DNA of 64,000 nt from IMG/VR virus record IMGVR_UViG_3300037067_015039, positions 32,001-96,000 of that record; one strand, given 5' to 3'. Origin of the DNA: a virus (lineage: Duplodnaviria > Caudoviricetes). A model generated the notes under the pieces. It worked only from the letters and a program-made list of their open reading frames with translations. It had not been told where the DNA came from and did no database searches. Of this stretch, positions 34,020-43,337 are shown piece by piece. The stretch's first letter is position 1. The number at the start of each line of letters is the position of its first letter. The position numbers and the translations under genes are program-made.

Positions 34020-34994
34020 TTAAGCGGAATAATCCTTTAAAGTATCGTATGCCTTAACATTGTAGGATATTTTCCTTTTAAGTTGTTCCACTCTTTCCAG
34101 TACCTCATCAGGAGTGTTATAGGTCTTTAGCCTGGTAGGATCTTCTAGGGTTTTGTCATTAGGGTTTGGTCCGCAGTACTTCTCATAAATATCATTTGCA
34201 ATTGCGTCTGCCTGGGCGGTTGCTTCCTCCTGGTCTTGAGGTTTTGGTTCTTTGGTTTCTTCTGGGAGAAGCTGATAGGCGTCTTGGATTTCTGGATCGG
34301 GTATGATAGCGATAGCCTGTCTCGGTTCCTTTGGTTCCCATGGCAGGTTAGCCATGACCTTTTGCGAGTCTATGATTACGGGATGTGTTTCGATTTCCCT
34401 TTCGGCACCAGGCGGCTGTTTCCCTTCGAGCTCCGCTATTTCATCTAATACCGATTGCCTTAGAGAGTTTCGGTTAATGGCTAATTTCCCCTGCCAATGA
34501 GGATTCTCGTTTGGGTTTCGTGCCATGTATGCATCCCTCGCCGGTCTGTATTCCTCTGCATACTTTTTCCTGATCGGAGCATTGGCTGCTTTGAGAGCCC
34601 GATATGTGGATCGGCCCGGATTGAATAGCGCCTGTAATATCGCTGGCCTTTGCGGGATTCCATTTCTCTCTCTCCAGGCGCTGGCTCTTCCCTTTCGGCT
34701 GTACTTTACTGTCCATCGTCCGAATCCTGCAATTGTCGCTACTGCTTGTGTCTCTTCTGGGATATCTCTTATCATTGATTCCAGCCAGGTGGATAATGCC
34801 AGGCATACAGCATTGATTGCATTTTGCGCTTCCCGGCTGCTCATCCCTGTAATCTCCTGCATCCTGATTGCCATTTGCTCCTTGTTTAGCCTTGCGATTG
34901 TCGGTAGTGTTTTTGCCCTTACCATGCCTTGCGCTCCTTTGTAAACCCGGTTTACTCGATCCTCGATGCTCTCATTTATATATGCGTTATCCAT
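34020..34994 (-). CDS. HU/IHF-like domain with long acidic C-terminal extension
   Basis: LNKEQMAIRMQEITGMSSREAQNAINAV...IAGFGRWTV...FNPG. Confidence 0.65.
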   Translation of the reverse strand: MDNAYINESIEDRVNRVYKGAQGMVRAKTLPTIARLNKEQMAIRMQEITGMSSREAQNAINAVCLALSTWLESMIRDIPEETQAVATIAGFGRWTVKYSRKGRASAWRERNGIPQRPAILQALFNPGRSTYRALKAANAPIRKKYAEEYRPARDAYMARNPNENPHWQGKLAINRNSLRQSVLDEIAELEGKQPPGAEREIETHPVIIDSQKVMANLPWEPKEPRQAIAIIPDPEIQDAYQLLPEETKEPKPQDQEEATAQADAIANDIYEKYCGPNPNDKTLEDPTRLKTYNTPDEVLERVEQLKRKISYNVKAYDTLKDYSA

Positions 34995-35043
34995 GGATAT
35001 TCAATATATTTTATTTTTCTTGTGAAATATATTCACTTTTTTC

Positions 35044-35073
35044 TTGACAGTATTTCTCAATTCGTGTTATAAA
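35044..35073 (+). promoter_or_regulatory. Sigma70-type promoter for rightward region (probably leaderless transcript)
   Basis: TTGACA...TG-T-TATAAA; ATG 7 nt downstream at 35080. Confidence 0.6.
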
Positions 35074-35079
35074 AAAGTT

Positions 35080-35328
35080 ATGAGTTCCACCAAATCATCC
35101 CGGCTGCAAGGAACAATCGAAAGATTAGGATTCAATTGCTACAAGTCTATGGCATGGGAACAGCCCTTTGCTGTCATTGCCCTAGCTAATGGTACGAAGG
35201 CTTATTGGTGGTTTACCGATGAAGAATTATTTAACTCTCTTCGCATCGGTCAGGAAATTACCGCCTTTGTTTATCCCTCTGATTATTATGGACAAACTTG
35301 CAGACGTGTTAAAAGGATAATCCCATGA
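35080..35328 (+). CDS. Hypothetical protein
   Basis: First gene after promoter. Confidence 0.55.
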   Translation: MSSTKSSRLQGTIERLGFNCYKSMAWEQPFAVIALANGTKAYWWFTDEELFNSLRIGQEITAFVYPSDYYGQTCRRVKRIIP

Positions 35329-35549
35329 AATACGGAATCTTCGTAATGGTAAGAGTTTTACCACTTGCATCAACTGAATTTGATTATCTCTCGGAACAAG
35401 TTTCCATCCGTACCAATAAGCGGGAAGCTCTCTCCTGGGTTCGTGAGCTTTCCGCTTCTCATCCCGATTATAGATATTATGTGAAAACTGGTGGCAATAT
35501 TATTGCCTCTGCTAAATCCGGCCGTGTTTCCCATTTTACCCAATATTGA
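35325..35549 (+). CDS. Hypothetical protein
   Basis: ATGA overlap, AAGGA RBS. Confidence 0.6.
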   Translation: MKYGIFVMVRVLPLASTEFDYLSEQVSIRTNKREALSWVRELSASHPDYRYYVKTGGNIIASAKSGRVSHFTQY

Positions 35550-35559
35550 GAGGATCAAT

Positions 35560-35946
35560 ATGTATACCTGGATTGTCTTACAACAAGATTTTTTGGTCCG
35601 ATCTTGCGGTTTTTGTGGCTTTAAATATTTTGCTTCCTGTCCTTCTATGAGAGAACACCTCGGCTACCTTATGGGAATGTGTGAGGATTTTTACAAGGAT
35701 GCTGATCCTATTCCTCAGCTTAGCCTTTATGACAATTTGAAAATACATGGGATCAATACCGATCATCACGAAAGCGATCTGTATTTTCCTCTTACCGTCC
35801 AAACTACTGCAATTCTGGAGCAATATCCTGTCCATAGCCACAATGCGACAATTTTTACTCATGTAGAATATGGGTTTCCCTGGTACGACGTTCCCTTTGC
35901 TTTCACTCCCTGGTGGGAAAATAAACAACGGAGATTAATCCTATGA
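35560..35946 (+). CDS. Hypothetical phage protein
   Basis: GAGG RBS; HHESDLY...WYDVPFAFTPWWE. Confidence 0.65.
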   Translation: MYTWIVLQQDFLVRSCGFCGFKYFASCPSMREHLGYLMGMCEDFYKDADPIPQLSLYDNLKIHGINTDHHESDLYFPLTVQTTAILEQYPVHSHNATIFTHVEYGFPWYDVPFAFTPWWENKQRRLIL

Positions 35947-36203
35947 CTACATATCTGAAGGACAATCCGATGAAAACAGCAAAATCAATTCGCCCGAAAA
36001 CCTTCAATATTACAAACCGTTTTGGGATTACTACAAATGATTTTTTTGTTCTTAATCCCGATGATAATGTTCCTCAAGTTTATTATAACGTAGGCTCACG
36101 TCAAAAGTTTTTTATGAGCTTATACCAGTTTTCGGAACTGCTAGATGCTCAGGACATCCACATTACTTGTGAAAATTCCATACTCGCAGAAAACCGGAGA
36201 TAA
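35943..36203 (+). CDS. Hypothetical protein
   Basis: ATGA overlap. Confidence 0.55.
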   Translation: MTTYLKDNPMKTAKSIRPKTFNITNRFGITTNDFFVLNPDDNVPQVYYNVGSRQKFFMSLYQFSELLDAQDIHITCENSILAENRR

Positions 36204-36205
36204 AT

Positions 36206-36601
36206 ATGCCCACATATCTGCAAGAAGCTTTCAATCAAATCTGTAAAGAATCGGTTAAACCTCAAGGTTTTTATGTTTCCCTTATGGAAAATGTTCCGTT
36301 CTATGGTGGCCCAGAAGAAGGTGGTTGGTGGGGTCATGATACACGGATTGTGGCTTATCAGCGTTTCCCAAGCCTGGAGCAAGCTGAAATTGCAAAGGTA
36401 CAAGTGGAAGCCTACGCCGTCGAAATTAACAGCCAGGCTCTCAAAGAATATGGCAATCAATGCATCAGGGAAACGGAATGGTTAGAAGCTCGTGGTCTTG
36501 ATGATTCATTCTTTCCCGAGCCAGACGGAGAATCACATTTTTATGTAGTCGTTTCCGAAGGATTGCCAGAAGAAACCACAGGCGATCGACATTACGAATA
36601 A
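36206..36601 (+). CDS. Hypothetical phage protein (YGGPEEGGWW motif)
   Basis: GGAG RBS. Confidence 0.7.
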   Translation: MPTYLQEAFNQICKESVKPQGFYVSLMENVPFYGGPEEGGWWGHDTRIVAYQRFPSLEQAEIAKVQVEAYAVEINSQALKEYGNQCIRETEWLEARGLDDSFFPEPDGESHFYVVVSEGLPEETTGDRHYE

Positions 36602-36613
36602 GGAGATAATTCC

Positions 36614-36823
36614 ATGCGTTTTCAAGTTAAATGGTTTGATGTCATAACTCATAAACTTACACAAGCCGAAAACTATGGCAATACTCGCTACATTGAGGCA
36701 ATTGTAGCGGCAAAGACAAAATATCCCGAATGCTTCGCCATTCTTTATGATTCTAAGCTTGGCGTCTATCGCGCAATCAATGGCCAGGATGGTATGGCTG
36801 TGCATCTTGAAAGGAGATCTTAA
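36614..36823 (+). CDS. Hypothetical protein
   Basis: AAGGAG RBS. Confidence 0.6.
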   Translation: MRFQVKWFDVITHKLTQAENYGNTRYIEAIVAAKTKYPECFAILYDSKLGVYRAINGQDGMAVHLERRS

Positions 36824-36854
36824 CCATGGCAATCGAAGTTAAAGAACTTAGACA

Positions 36855-37121
36855 ATGGAGGATTCTCTAATGCCTCAATATAAATATCCCAATGGCCGAA
36901 CAATGCACGAAGCAATCGAAGCTCAAGATTCTTATGCCGTAGATGTCGCCGGCTTCGCTTCTCCTTTCTGGGCTCCTGGTACGTCAGGAACTACTGAAGC
37001 AATTCGAGCGTTTAAATCCATTTTTCCTAATGAACATGGAGATTTTCAACTGCTCCGTGTTTTGAAAGGTTCATCTATCGGCTGTATGTGTTACGAGGAA
37101 ACCATAACCATTAAATTTTAA
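36855..37121 (+). CDS. Hypothetical protein
   Basis: Colinear. Confidence 0.55.
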   Translation: MEDSLMPQYKYPNGRTMHEAIEAQDSYAVDVAGFASPFWAPGTSGTTEAIRAFKSIFPNEHGDFQLLRVLKGSSIGCMCYEETITIKF

Positions 37122-37132
37122 AAGGGGAAACT

Positions 37133-37651
37133 ATGAAGGTTTTAGTCGCCACAAAAAAATGTCAGGGAATGCGATTAAATGATTTTTCCTACACTACCGA
37201 TGGAGAATTAGTCCGATATGGTTTTGATTGTGACGGAGAAACAATTGACGGTAGTTGCGGGTGTTTGCGCTCATTGATCGGGTTTGATTCCCTGAAAGGC
37301 ACTACGACATTTCGAATTGCCGAACAAGATTTAAGTATGCAGAAGATTACCGGATTGATTCGACAATCGCTTATTAAATCGGGGTACATTTCGAAAACTT
37401 TAACCAAAGACGATAAAGACATTTTATCGATTACTGTCAAAGAAACCTTAAACTTATGGAAATTATTCGATCCTTACCCAATTGGCGCTGTCCTAGAACG
37501 TCGTGGAGATTCCTTTTCTTCTCGTATACCTGAAACTGGCTTGTGTCCCATTTGCGGAGAGAAAATTAAGCTCATAGGGAAAACAGTGGATGGAAGGCCC
37601 ATTGGATCATGCCAGGATGCTTTCACCTTTAAGCAATGGCTTGCTGACTGA
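37133..37651 (+). CDS. Hypothetical protein (MKVLVATK..QG..DF; CGC motif)
   Basis: AGGGG RBS. Confidence 0.7.
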   Translation: MKVLVATKKCQGMRLNDFSYTTDGELVRYGFDCDGETIDGSCGCLRSLIGFDSLKGTTTFRIAEQDLSMQKITGLIRQSLIKSGYISKTLTKDDKDILSITVKETLNLWKLFDPYPIGAVLERRGDSFSSRIPETGLCPICGEKIKLIGKTVDGRPIGSCQDAFTFKQWLAD

Positions 37652-37724
37652 TTCCGGATTTAATCGAGTAAACCGGGTTTACTCGATTATACCTTGAATC
37701 ACAAGGGGAAAGAGAGAACCAACA

Positions 37725-38183
37725 ATGGAAGCGATTACCATTGGAACAGCAATTAAGGAAGTTCAGATAAAATACATTACACGGCAGAAAATAGGAGAAA
37801 CGCGAAGAATCTCCAATAGTAGGGAAGTTTTCGAAATATTTTACCCGATCCTCAATGCTGAACGAGTGGAGGTTTTTATTTGCGTTATGCTCACTACAAA
37901 AAATCGGGTATTAGCCTATGAGGTTGTAAGCCGAGGGAGCCTTAATGAATCTGTTGTCCATCCTCGGGAAGTATTTTCGTCTCCGGTAAGATTACAGGCT
38001 GCCGCTGTTCTTTTCCTGCATAATCATCCATCAGGAGATCCGACGCCAAGCCAAGCAGATCAAGATTGTACGCAGAAGTTAATGGCAAGCGCCAAAACCT
38101 TGCAGTTTAGAGTATTAGACCACATTATTATCGGCGAATCTGATTATTACAGTTTTGCCGATGCTGGCAAGATGCCTTCTTAA
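37725..38183 (+). CDS. radC: RadC-like JAB domain protein
   Basis: GSLNESVVHPREVF, HNHPSGDPTPSQAD, VLDHIII. Confidence 0.92.
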   Translation: MEAITIGTAIKEVQIKYITRQKIGETRRISNSREVFEIFYPILNAERVEVFICVMLTTKNRVLAYEVVSRGSLNESVVHPREVFSSPVRLQAAAVLFLHNHPSGDPTPSQADQDCTQKLMASAKTLQFRVLDHIIIGESDYYSFADAGKMPS

Positions 38184-38255
38184 TTCTGGATTTCGTCTGC
38201 TAATAATCCCATTGGCGGACGATACCTTGAATTAATCAAGGGGAAAGAGAAAACC

Positions 38256-38693
38256 ATGAAAATACTCAAATCTGCTCTCGTGAAGAACATTGAAGCTTTT
38301 CGGGCTGACAAGCTGAAAGAATTAGGAAAAGCGGAGAAGGAAAAAGACCATTACTTAAAGCTTTTAGCCCGGTGGGAAACAGACCGGCGGGATTGTGCTC
38401 TTAATCTCATTGCCAAGAACTCCGAAAAACTATACGTCGATTTCGGGCACGTCTGGCAGGAAAAAGGCATGACAGAAATTACCGTCAAGCTGAAAATTAC
38501 AACGGCAACAATACCGCTACCATTGCGGAATGAGCTTCGACATCCTACCGATGTAGACAAGCTTTTAGACCAGATTAAATCAGCAGAGGAGCAACTGGCT
38601 CTCCTGAAAATGTGTCCCGAAGAAATGATTGTAATCAATTCAAAGCTTGATCGGGATGCAATACAGCCCTACATCAATTATCAGGCCCATTAA
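38256..38693 (+). CDS. Hypothetical protein
   Basis: Leader element upstream. Confidence 0.7.
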   Translation: MKILKSALVKNIEAFRADKLKELGKAEKEKDHYLKLLARWETDRRDCALNLIAKNSEKLYVDFGHVWQEKGMTEITVKLKITTATIPLPLRNELRHPTDVDKLLDQIKSAEEQLALLKMCPEEMIVINSKLDRDAIQPYINYQAH

Positions 38694-38769
38694 TCGGCGA
38701 TTTCGCAGGCCAGGCTTTTGCTTGGCCTCCGATACCGCTAATTATGCGGGGAAAGAGAGAACTAACATT

Positions 38770-39225
38770 ATGGCATTAGTAAATTTAAGGACCAGCGCAC
38801 GATCAAAAGACCGGCTTTTCTATTATCGAAATCCTATAGGCCAAACCATCAAGATCGAGGTTTATTATACCAAGGGCGGCACAAGCATATTTACCTCAAG
38901 GCAAATATCACGTGGCGTCTTTGTGTCAATCACTCCGGTAAAAGTGGAGTTATCTGAATCGGGGTTTTCCTCAGAATCATTCCTTGTGTTTTCCGGCGGG
39001 AAAGCACTATTGTGCGAACTCAAACGCTTTAGCCTGAATACCCTTCTGGAAGTGGGCGCTAAAATTGATGCAATCCTACCAAAGGTTGCAGCAAACCTTA
39101 GCCATGAAGCGACAAATAATGATTTTGCCGCTTCTGCAAAATACATTCGCGATTGCTTCCAAAATCCGGCGCTCATAGAAACCGAACCACCAAAGCCAGA
39201 AATAAAGGAGGTTTTAAATGGATAA
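38770..39225 (+). CDS. Hypothetical protein
   Basis: Leader element upstream; VYYTKGG motif. Confidence 0.7.
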   Translation: MALVNLRTSARSKDRLFYYRNPIGQTIKIEVYYTKGGTSIFTSRQISRGVFVSITPVKVELSESGFSSESFLVFSGGKALLCELKRFSLNTLLEVGAKIDAILPKVAANLSHEATNNDFAASAKYIRDCFQNPALIETEPPKPEIKEVLNG

Positions 39226-39781
39226 GGTTAAAAAGGTAAAGCCTCAATTATATTTGAGTTTTATCCTAAGACAGGACAACGATCTTCCACTTCCTGGGCA
39301 TGGGGATCAGGCAATAATCATTGTATCGGTGATTTACAATGATTTCGAACATGGCGGAACTCTTTCTGCTCCTAAATGGAAAAATTATTCCTCCCTGGGC
39401 GGCAATCGGCAATATGAAAACCTCGAATTGAGAGGGTATCTGTCTCAAGATATTGTTGATGCTTATGGTCATACATTGGCTTATTGGGATTTACACGAGG
39501 TTATGTCTAAACGTGCCGAGATTATGGCCAAAACCCTCAAAATGATCGAAAAGAAATTCAAATCTTATGACAATTTTGAAGGCTATTATGGCAATTTTGG
39601 CGCCATGACAAACCGCTTATGCCGAGCAATCGGAGCAGAAGGCATGATCGAATGGCAAGCGCCTTTTTGTAATTATGACGATTGCCCTAATATGAAATGG
39701 GAAATCGGGCAAATCCCTAATATTGTCAATGGTCGGATTGAAGCTTGGCACACTGCACACCCGTTAAAAGAAAACGCATAG
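39218..39781 (+). CDS. Hypothetical protein
   Basis: AAGGAGG RBS. Confidence 0.7.
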   Translation: MDKVKKVKPQLYLSFILRQDNDLPLPGHGDQAIIIVSVIYNDFEHGGTLSAPKWKNYSSLGGNRQYENLELRGYLSQDIVDAYGHTLAYWDLHEVMSKRAEIMAKTLKMIEKKFKSYDNFEGYYGNFGAMTNRLCRAIGAEGMIEWQAPFCNYDDCPNMKWEIGQIPNIVNGRIEAWHTAHPLKENA

Positions 39782-39854
39782 CTTGGATTTCAAGGCATAA
39801 GTTTCTGCTTATGCCTTGATACCTTAGCTAATGTAAGGGGAAAGAGAGAAATCA

Positions 39855-40052
39855 ATGCCTAGAGTCTTTGACCTCAGCGAAACGGATATTGTACCGCAGC
39901 ATCATAAACGCAATCGGGCGCCAGGAGGCAAAAGTTTCTGCAATGCTGGCAGGCGGCGCTATCCCTGTCCTACGTGCCATAAACCAAACCAACTAACAGA
40001 GCTGGATTCCCTTGAGGGTTTTCAATGCTCTCATTGTTCGAGGAAACAATAA
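39855..40052 (+). CDS. Small Zn-ribbon protein
   Basis: CPTC...CSHC; leader element. Confidence 0.65.
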   Translation: MPRVFDLSETDIVPQHHKRNRAPGGKSFCNAGRRRYPCPTCHKPNQLTELDSLEGFQCSHCSRKQ

Positions 40053-40054
40053 CC

Positions 40055-40417
40055 ATGAATCTTGACTGGAATAGAGAACCACAAATGGACGCTGGAAAAA
40101 AACCGTCAATCGAAACCAAAGGCTACACAACAAAGGCTCCACACCTTATGACAAAAGAAGAGAGAAATACTCTTTTCGAATGCCTGGAAACGGAATTGCA
40201 ATTGCAAAAGCTTCCGACATCCTATGGATTGCCCCGTATTGCCCATGCTGACGAATTTATGATAATGCACACCACAGAAGAGGGAATCATAGGATTCAAG
40301 CACATTTGCACCCGCAACTATGTTTTCCTGATCCCTTCGGAAAGCCAGAACCGGGAATATGACCTTTACGTTCCTGTATCAAAAGAATATTTCATGAGGG
40401 GTCAATTCGACGAATAA
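40055..40417 (+). CDS. Hypothetical protein
   Basis: GAGG RBS. Confidence 0.6.
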   Translation: MNLDWNREPQMDAGKKPSIETKGYTTKAPHLMTKEERNTLFECLETELQLQKLPTSYGLPRIAHADEFMIMHTTEEGIIGFKHICTRNYVFLIPSESQNREYDLYVPVSKEYFMRGQFDE

Positions 40418-40492
40418 TCGGCGATTTCGCAGGCCAGGCTTTTGCTTGGCCTGCGATACCGCTAATTATGCGGGGAAAGAGAGCAAACCTTT

Positions 40493-40687
40493 ATGTTAGA
40501 AAATATAATCACGAAAATTGACGAACAGAATAATCGGCTCATTATCAGCTTGGCCTTGCAGGCTCCGATTGCTTCGGCAAGTGGAAAAACCCTCGTAGTG
40601 GCTTCCACTCGCGGCAACGTGAAAAGCGGAGTTATGATCAATGGCAAAGAAGTAACAATCGGCTGCAATGCCTACATAAAGCCCTAA
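40493..40687 (+). CDS. Small phage protein (SASGKTLVVASTRGN)
   Basis: Leader element upstream. Confidence 0.7.
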   Translation: MLENIITKIDEQNNRLIISLALQAPIASASGKTLVVASTRGNVKSGVMINGKEVTIGCNAYIKP

Positions 40688-40768
40688 TGAACTCCTGAAA
40701 GGCGATTTCACGGGCTGCATCCCTTTGTGGCCCGTGATACCGCTTCTTAGCGGGGAAAGAGAGAAACT

Positions 40769-41026
40769 ATGAGCAAACCAAAAAACGATAAACCAGCATT
40801 CGATAATCCAGTAATCCGGCAGGCATTCAAGAATCTCGTAAATCAAGCAGTGCATCATCAATGCAAAGTTTGGAATACGATCGGAGAAATTGAGGGATTG
40901 TTTGGTAAAGACATCAACAATCTCGATGAACTGGTCGTTGACCTTGCAGCAGCTATCGATGACGGTTTGACTGATGACAGCCAGACGCAACTATTTTTTA
41001 ATCGCCTGAAATTCACGGAGGACTAA
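40769..41026 (+). CDS. Hypothetical protein
   Basis: Leader element upstream. Confidence 0.65.
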   Translation: MSKPKNDKPAFDNPVIRQAFKNLVNQAVHHQCKVWNTIGEIEGLFGKDINNLDELVVDLAAAIDDGLTDDSQTQLFFNRLKFTED

Positions 41027-41030
41027 CCCA

Positions 41031-41936
41031 ATGATGCAAACCTTAACTGACTGGCAGCCGGAAAGAATACCAATAAGCCACCAATTGCCTTCCATGCCGC
41101 ACGAAGGATGCTGTCAAATACCGCAAGAATGTGAATCGGGATGGGAACAATTGCCCCGTGCGGAGGAACCTGAGACTGTAGAAAAACTGAAAATCGACAA
41201 ATCCGAATGTCTCATTAAAAAAAAGGGCATACTGGCTTATTTCAAAGGGAACGATAAAACCGGCTATATCTGCTATCCGCCATGGATGAAATTATTCGAA
41301 CCCTATGATCCACCGAAATGCCCGGCGCCGCCGATCGATAAGAAGGTGGAAACTACCATCGAGAGGCTAACCAAAAATATTCAGAAGGCTTACGCCAAGT
41401 TACTCCCGGAAAGCCATAATCACAGGCAATGCGATAATTTTATTGGCTCCAGAACGAAAGATTACGAATATGAATGTGTCGCAACTGACACGCATAGAGC
41501 TTTACTTGTGCGGCAAAAGAAGGTCAAGAAAACCGTCAATGGGGTTTGCGTCTGGAGTCTATGGAACGTCAATGAAGTTCCAAATCTTGACGCCCCATCG
41601 CTAACCCTGGAGGATCCTGGCATTTTCCTTGCAATTAAACGCCTTTCAACAATTCTGGAAGATGATAAGTATTTCTTTATTGCTTTGACCTGGAACCATA
41701 AGTCAGGCCAATTAATTATTTCTGCCGAAAACTCATTTAAGGAAGAAGGGATTGAATCATTTGCCTGTAAAGCTACTTATTCCGGCAGGATTGCGTTAGA
41801 TCCTCGGTATGTTCTTCCTGCACTCGGAACCTGGCCATTAGTCATGTATCAGGAAGGGAAAGATAGACCGGCTGTCTTTATGCCGGACACAAAGAAACGT
41901 GAATTTATGTACGTGCTCATGCCAATGAAACAATAA
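41031..41936 (+). CDS. Protein with beta-clamp-like C-terminal region
   Basis: VATDTHRA, IALDPRYVLPAL, PAVF...YVLMPMK. Confidence 0.55.
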   Translation: MMQTLTDWQPERIPISHQLPSMPHEGCCQIPQECESGWEQLPRAEEPETVEKLKIDKSECLIKKKGILAYFKGNDKTGYICYPPWMKLFEPYDPPKCPAPPIDKKVETTIERLTKNIQKAYAKLLPESHNHRQCDNFIGSRTKDYEYECVATDTHRALLVRQKKVKKTVNGVCVWSLWNVNEVPNLDAPSLTLEDPGIFLAIKRLSTILEDDKYFFIALTWNHKSGQLIISAENSFKEEGIESFACKATYSGRIALDPRYVLPALGTWPLVMYQEGKDRPAVFMPDTKKREFMYVLMPMKQ

Positions 41937-42013
41937 GAATCGAGGTCTTGCCGTGTAAACCCGGTTTACATGGCTGGACTCCGCTTCTTAGCGGAGAAAG
42001 CAGGCAAACGCTT

Positions 42014-42337
42014 ATGAATATTAAAGGGCTCAAAAAGGAAGCAGTATTGGCAGCTTTATACAATGCCTCAAAACTTCAAGGTATGGGATTTTTACATTAC
42101 AATCCTAAACCTATGACGGAAGCGGAGGCCGCCGAGCTTTTAAAAAGATATGAGGCAAATCCTTATTTCGATTATCTGTATGGTCGCGTCATGAAAATTG
42201 AAATCTCGGGCGATGAATTGGATACCGGCCTTTATAACCGGGACAATGGCATAGATGCGGCGGAAAAGGTTGATCGATCATATTTGGGACGAAGAGCACA
42301 AAGAGAACCAAAAAGAACTTTTGTCATAAGACTATAA
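42014..42337 (+). CDS. Hypothetical phage protein
   Basis: AVLAALYNAS..QGMGFL...YFDYLYGRVMK. Confidence 0.7.
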   Translation: MNIKGLKKEAVLAALYNASKLQGMGFLHYNPKPMTEAEAAELLKRYEANPYFDYLYGRVMKIEISGDELDTGLYNRDNGIDAAEKVDRSYLGRRAQREPKRTFVIRL

Positions 42338-42542
42338 CCAGTGCTATAACTATATGGGAGAATTATAGACCATGGGCATGAAAGAAAACCTGTTCGAAGA
42401 AGACCAGAAACCAACCAAACGGAAAAGGCCAAATTTTGGGAAAAGATATATACCCAAAAAGAAGACCCCTTTACCCATAAAAGATTATATTGATGCGTTC
42501 GGCCAGCGGAAGGATCGACATGAAGACCAAAAATAAAGGAAT

Positions 42543-43223
42543 CTATTCGTCAGGATCGGGAATGACATCTTCATCTTCTTCTTCGGGGATGTCATCAACA
42601 GAGGCAGTCTCTTCTTCCACCGGGGTTGCCTCAGCGTCAATAATCGTTTCATTATTTTGGGGGATTTGAGCTTGAGTATTCGCAGCATTCATTTTATCCA
42701 TTACGGCTCGAAGAAGATCTTCAGAACTCCTGATCCCGGACTGCTGGCGGGATTCGCCTCCACCAATATTCAAACTCTGCTGGTTGACGCTGACGTTAAT
42801 GGCTCCCGGCTTCTCCGTCATTCCAACCGCCTCGCGGTATTCTTTCAATGGACTCGTGGGTGTCAGCCCGGCCGCCAGGAATTGTTCGGCTTTAATGTCC
42901 AAGGCTTCGCCCAAGAGGCGCCGATATTTCTGACCCTCGGCGCGTTGGATCAGAAGACGGTTTCGATCATTTTCATGAGCAATAAGAGTTCTGGTGGGGT
43001 GAAGGCTCTTGACATGCTGGAGGTCACACTCAATGTCCGTAAGGTTGCATTCTTCACCATTCCGATTAAGAAATGCGACGATTTCCTCTTCCGTGAATCC
43101 GGAAATGTAATGGTTGTAGACCGTGACCGCCCGATCGTGCGAAGGGTAGTCGCTTTTAGCGCCTCGCTTTATATGCGGCGGGACATCGCTTTTGGTGATG
43201 GCCCATTCGAAACCCTGTTTCAT
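42543..43223 (-). CDS. HTH protein, possible terminase small subunit
   Basis: N-terminal HTH, INVSVNQQSLNIG, acidic IIDAEATPVEEE tail. Confidence 0.4.
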   Translation of the reverse strand: MKQGFEWAITKSDVPPHIKRGAKSDYPSHDRAVTVYNHYISGFTEEEIVAFLNRNGEECNLTDIECDLQHVKSLHPTRTLIAHENDRNRLLIQRAEGQKYRRLLGEALDIKAEQFLAAGLTPTSPLKEYREAVGMTEKPGAINVSVNQQSLNIGGGESRQQSGIRSSEDLLRAVMDKMNAANTQAQIPQNNETIIDAEATPVEEETASVDDIPEEEDEDVIPDPDE

Positions 43224-43337
43224 AATAGCCTCATTCTATAACAAAAGGGTCGTTATGCAAAAAGAAACCTTAGAAATGATCGTTCAGTATAAAAAAGCCA
43301 TTGCCCTGGTTGAGGGCTGGTTGAAAGCCCAAAAACG

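Larger units (their letters stand above)
37657..42001 (+). repeat. Dispersed two-hairpin gene-leader element, 6 copies + 1 degenerate
   Basis: GATTT-hairpin-ATA-CC hairpin GG-GGAAAGAGA at 37657, 38189, 38699, 39786, 40423, 40704 (degenerate about 41944), each a few nt before an ATG. Confidence 0.85.
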
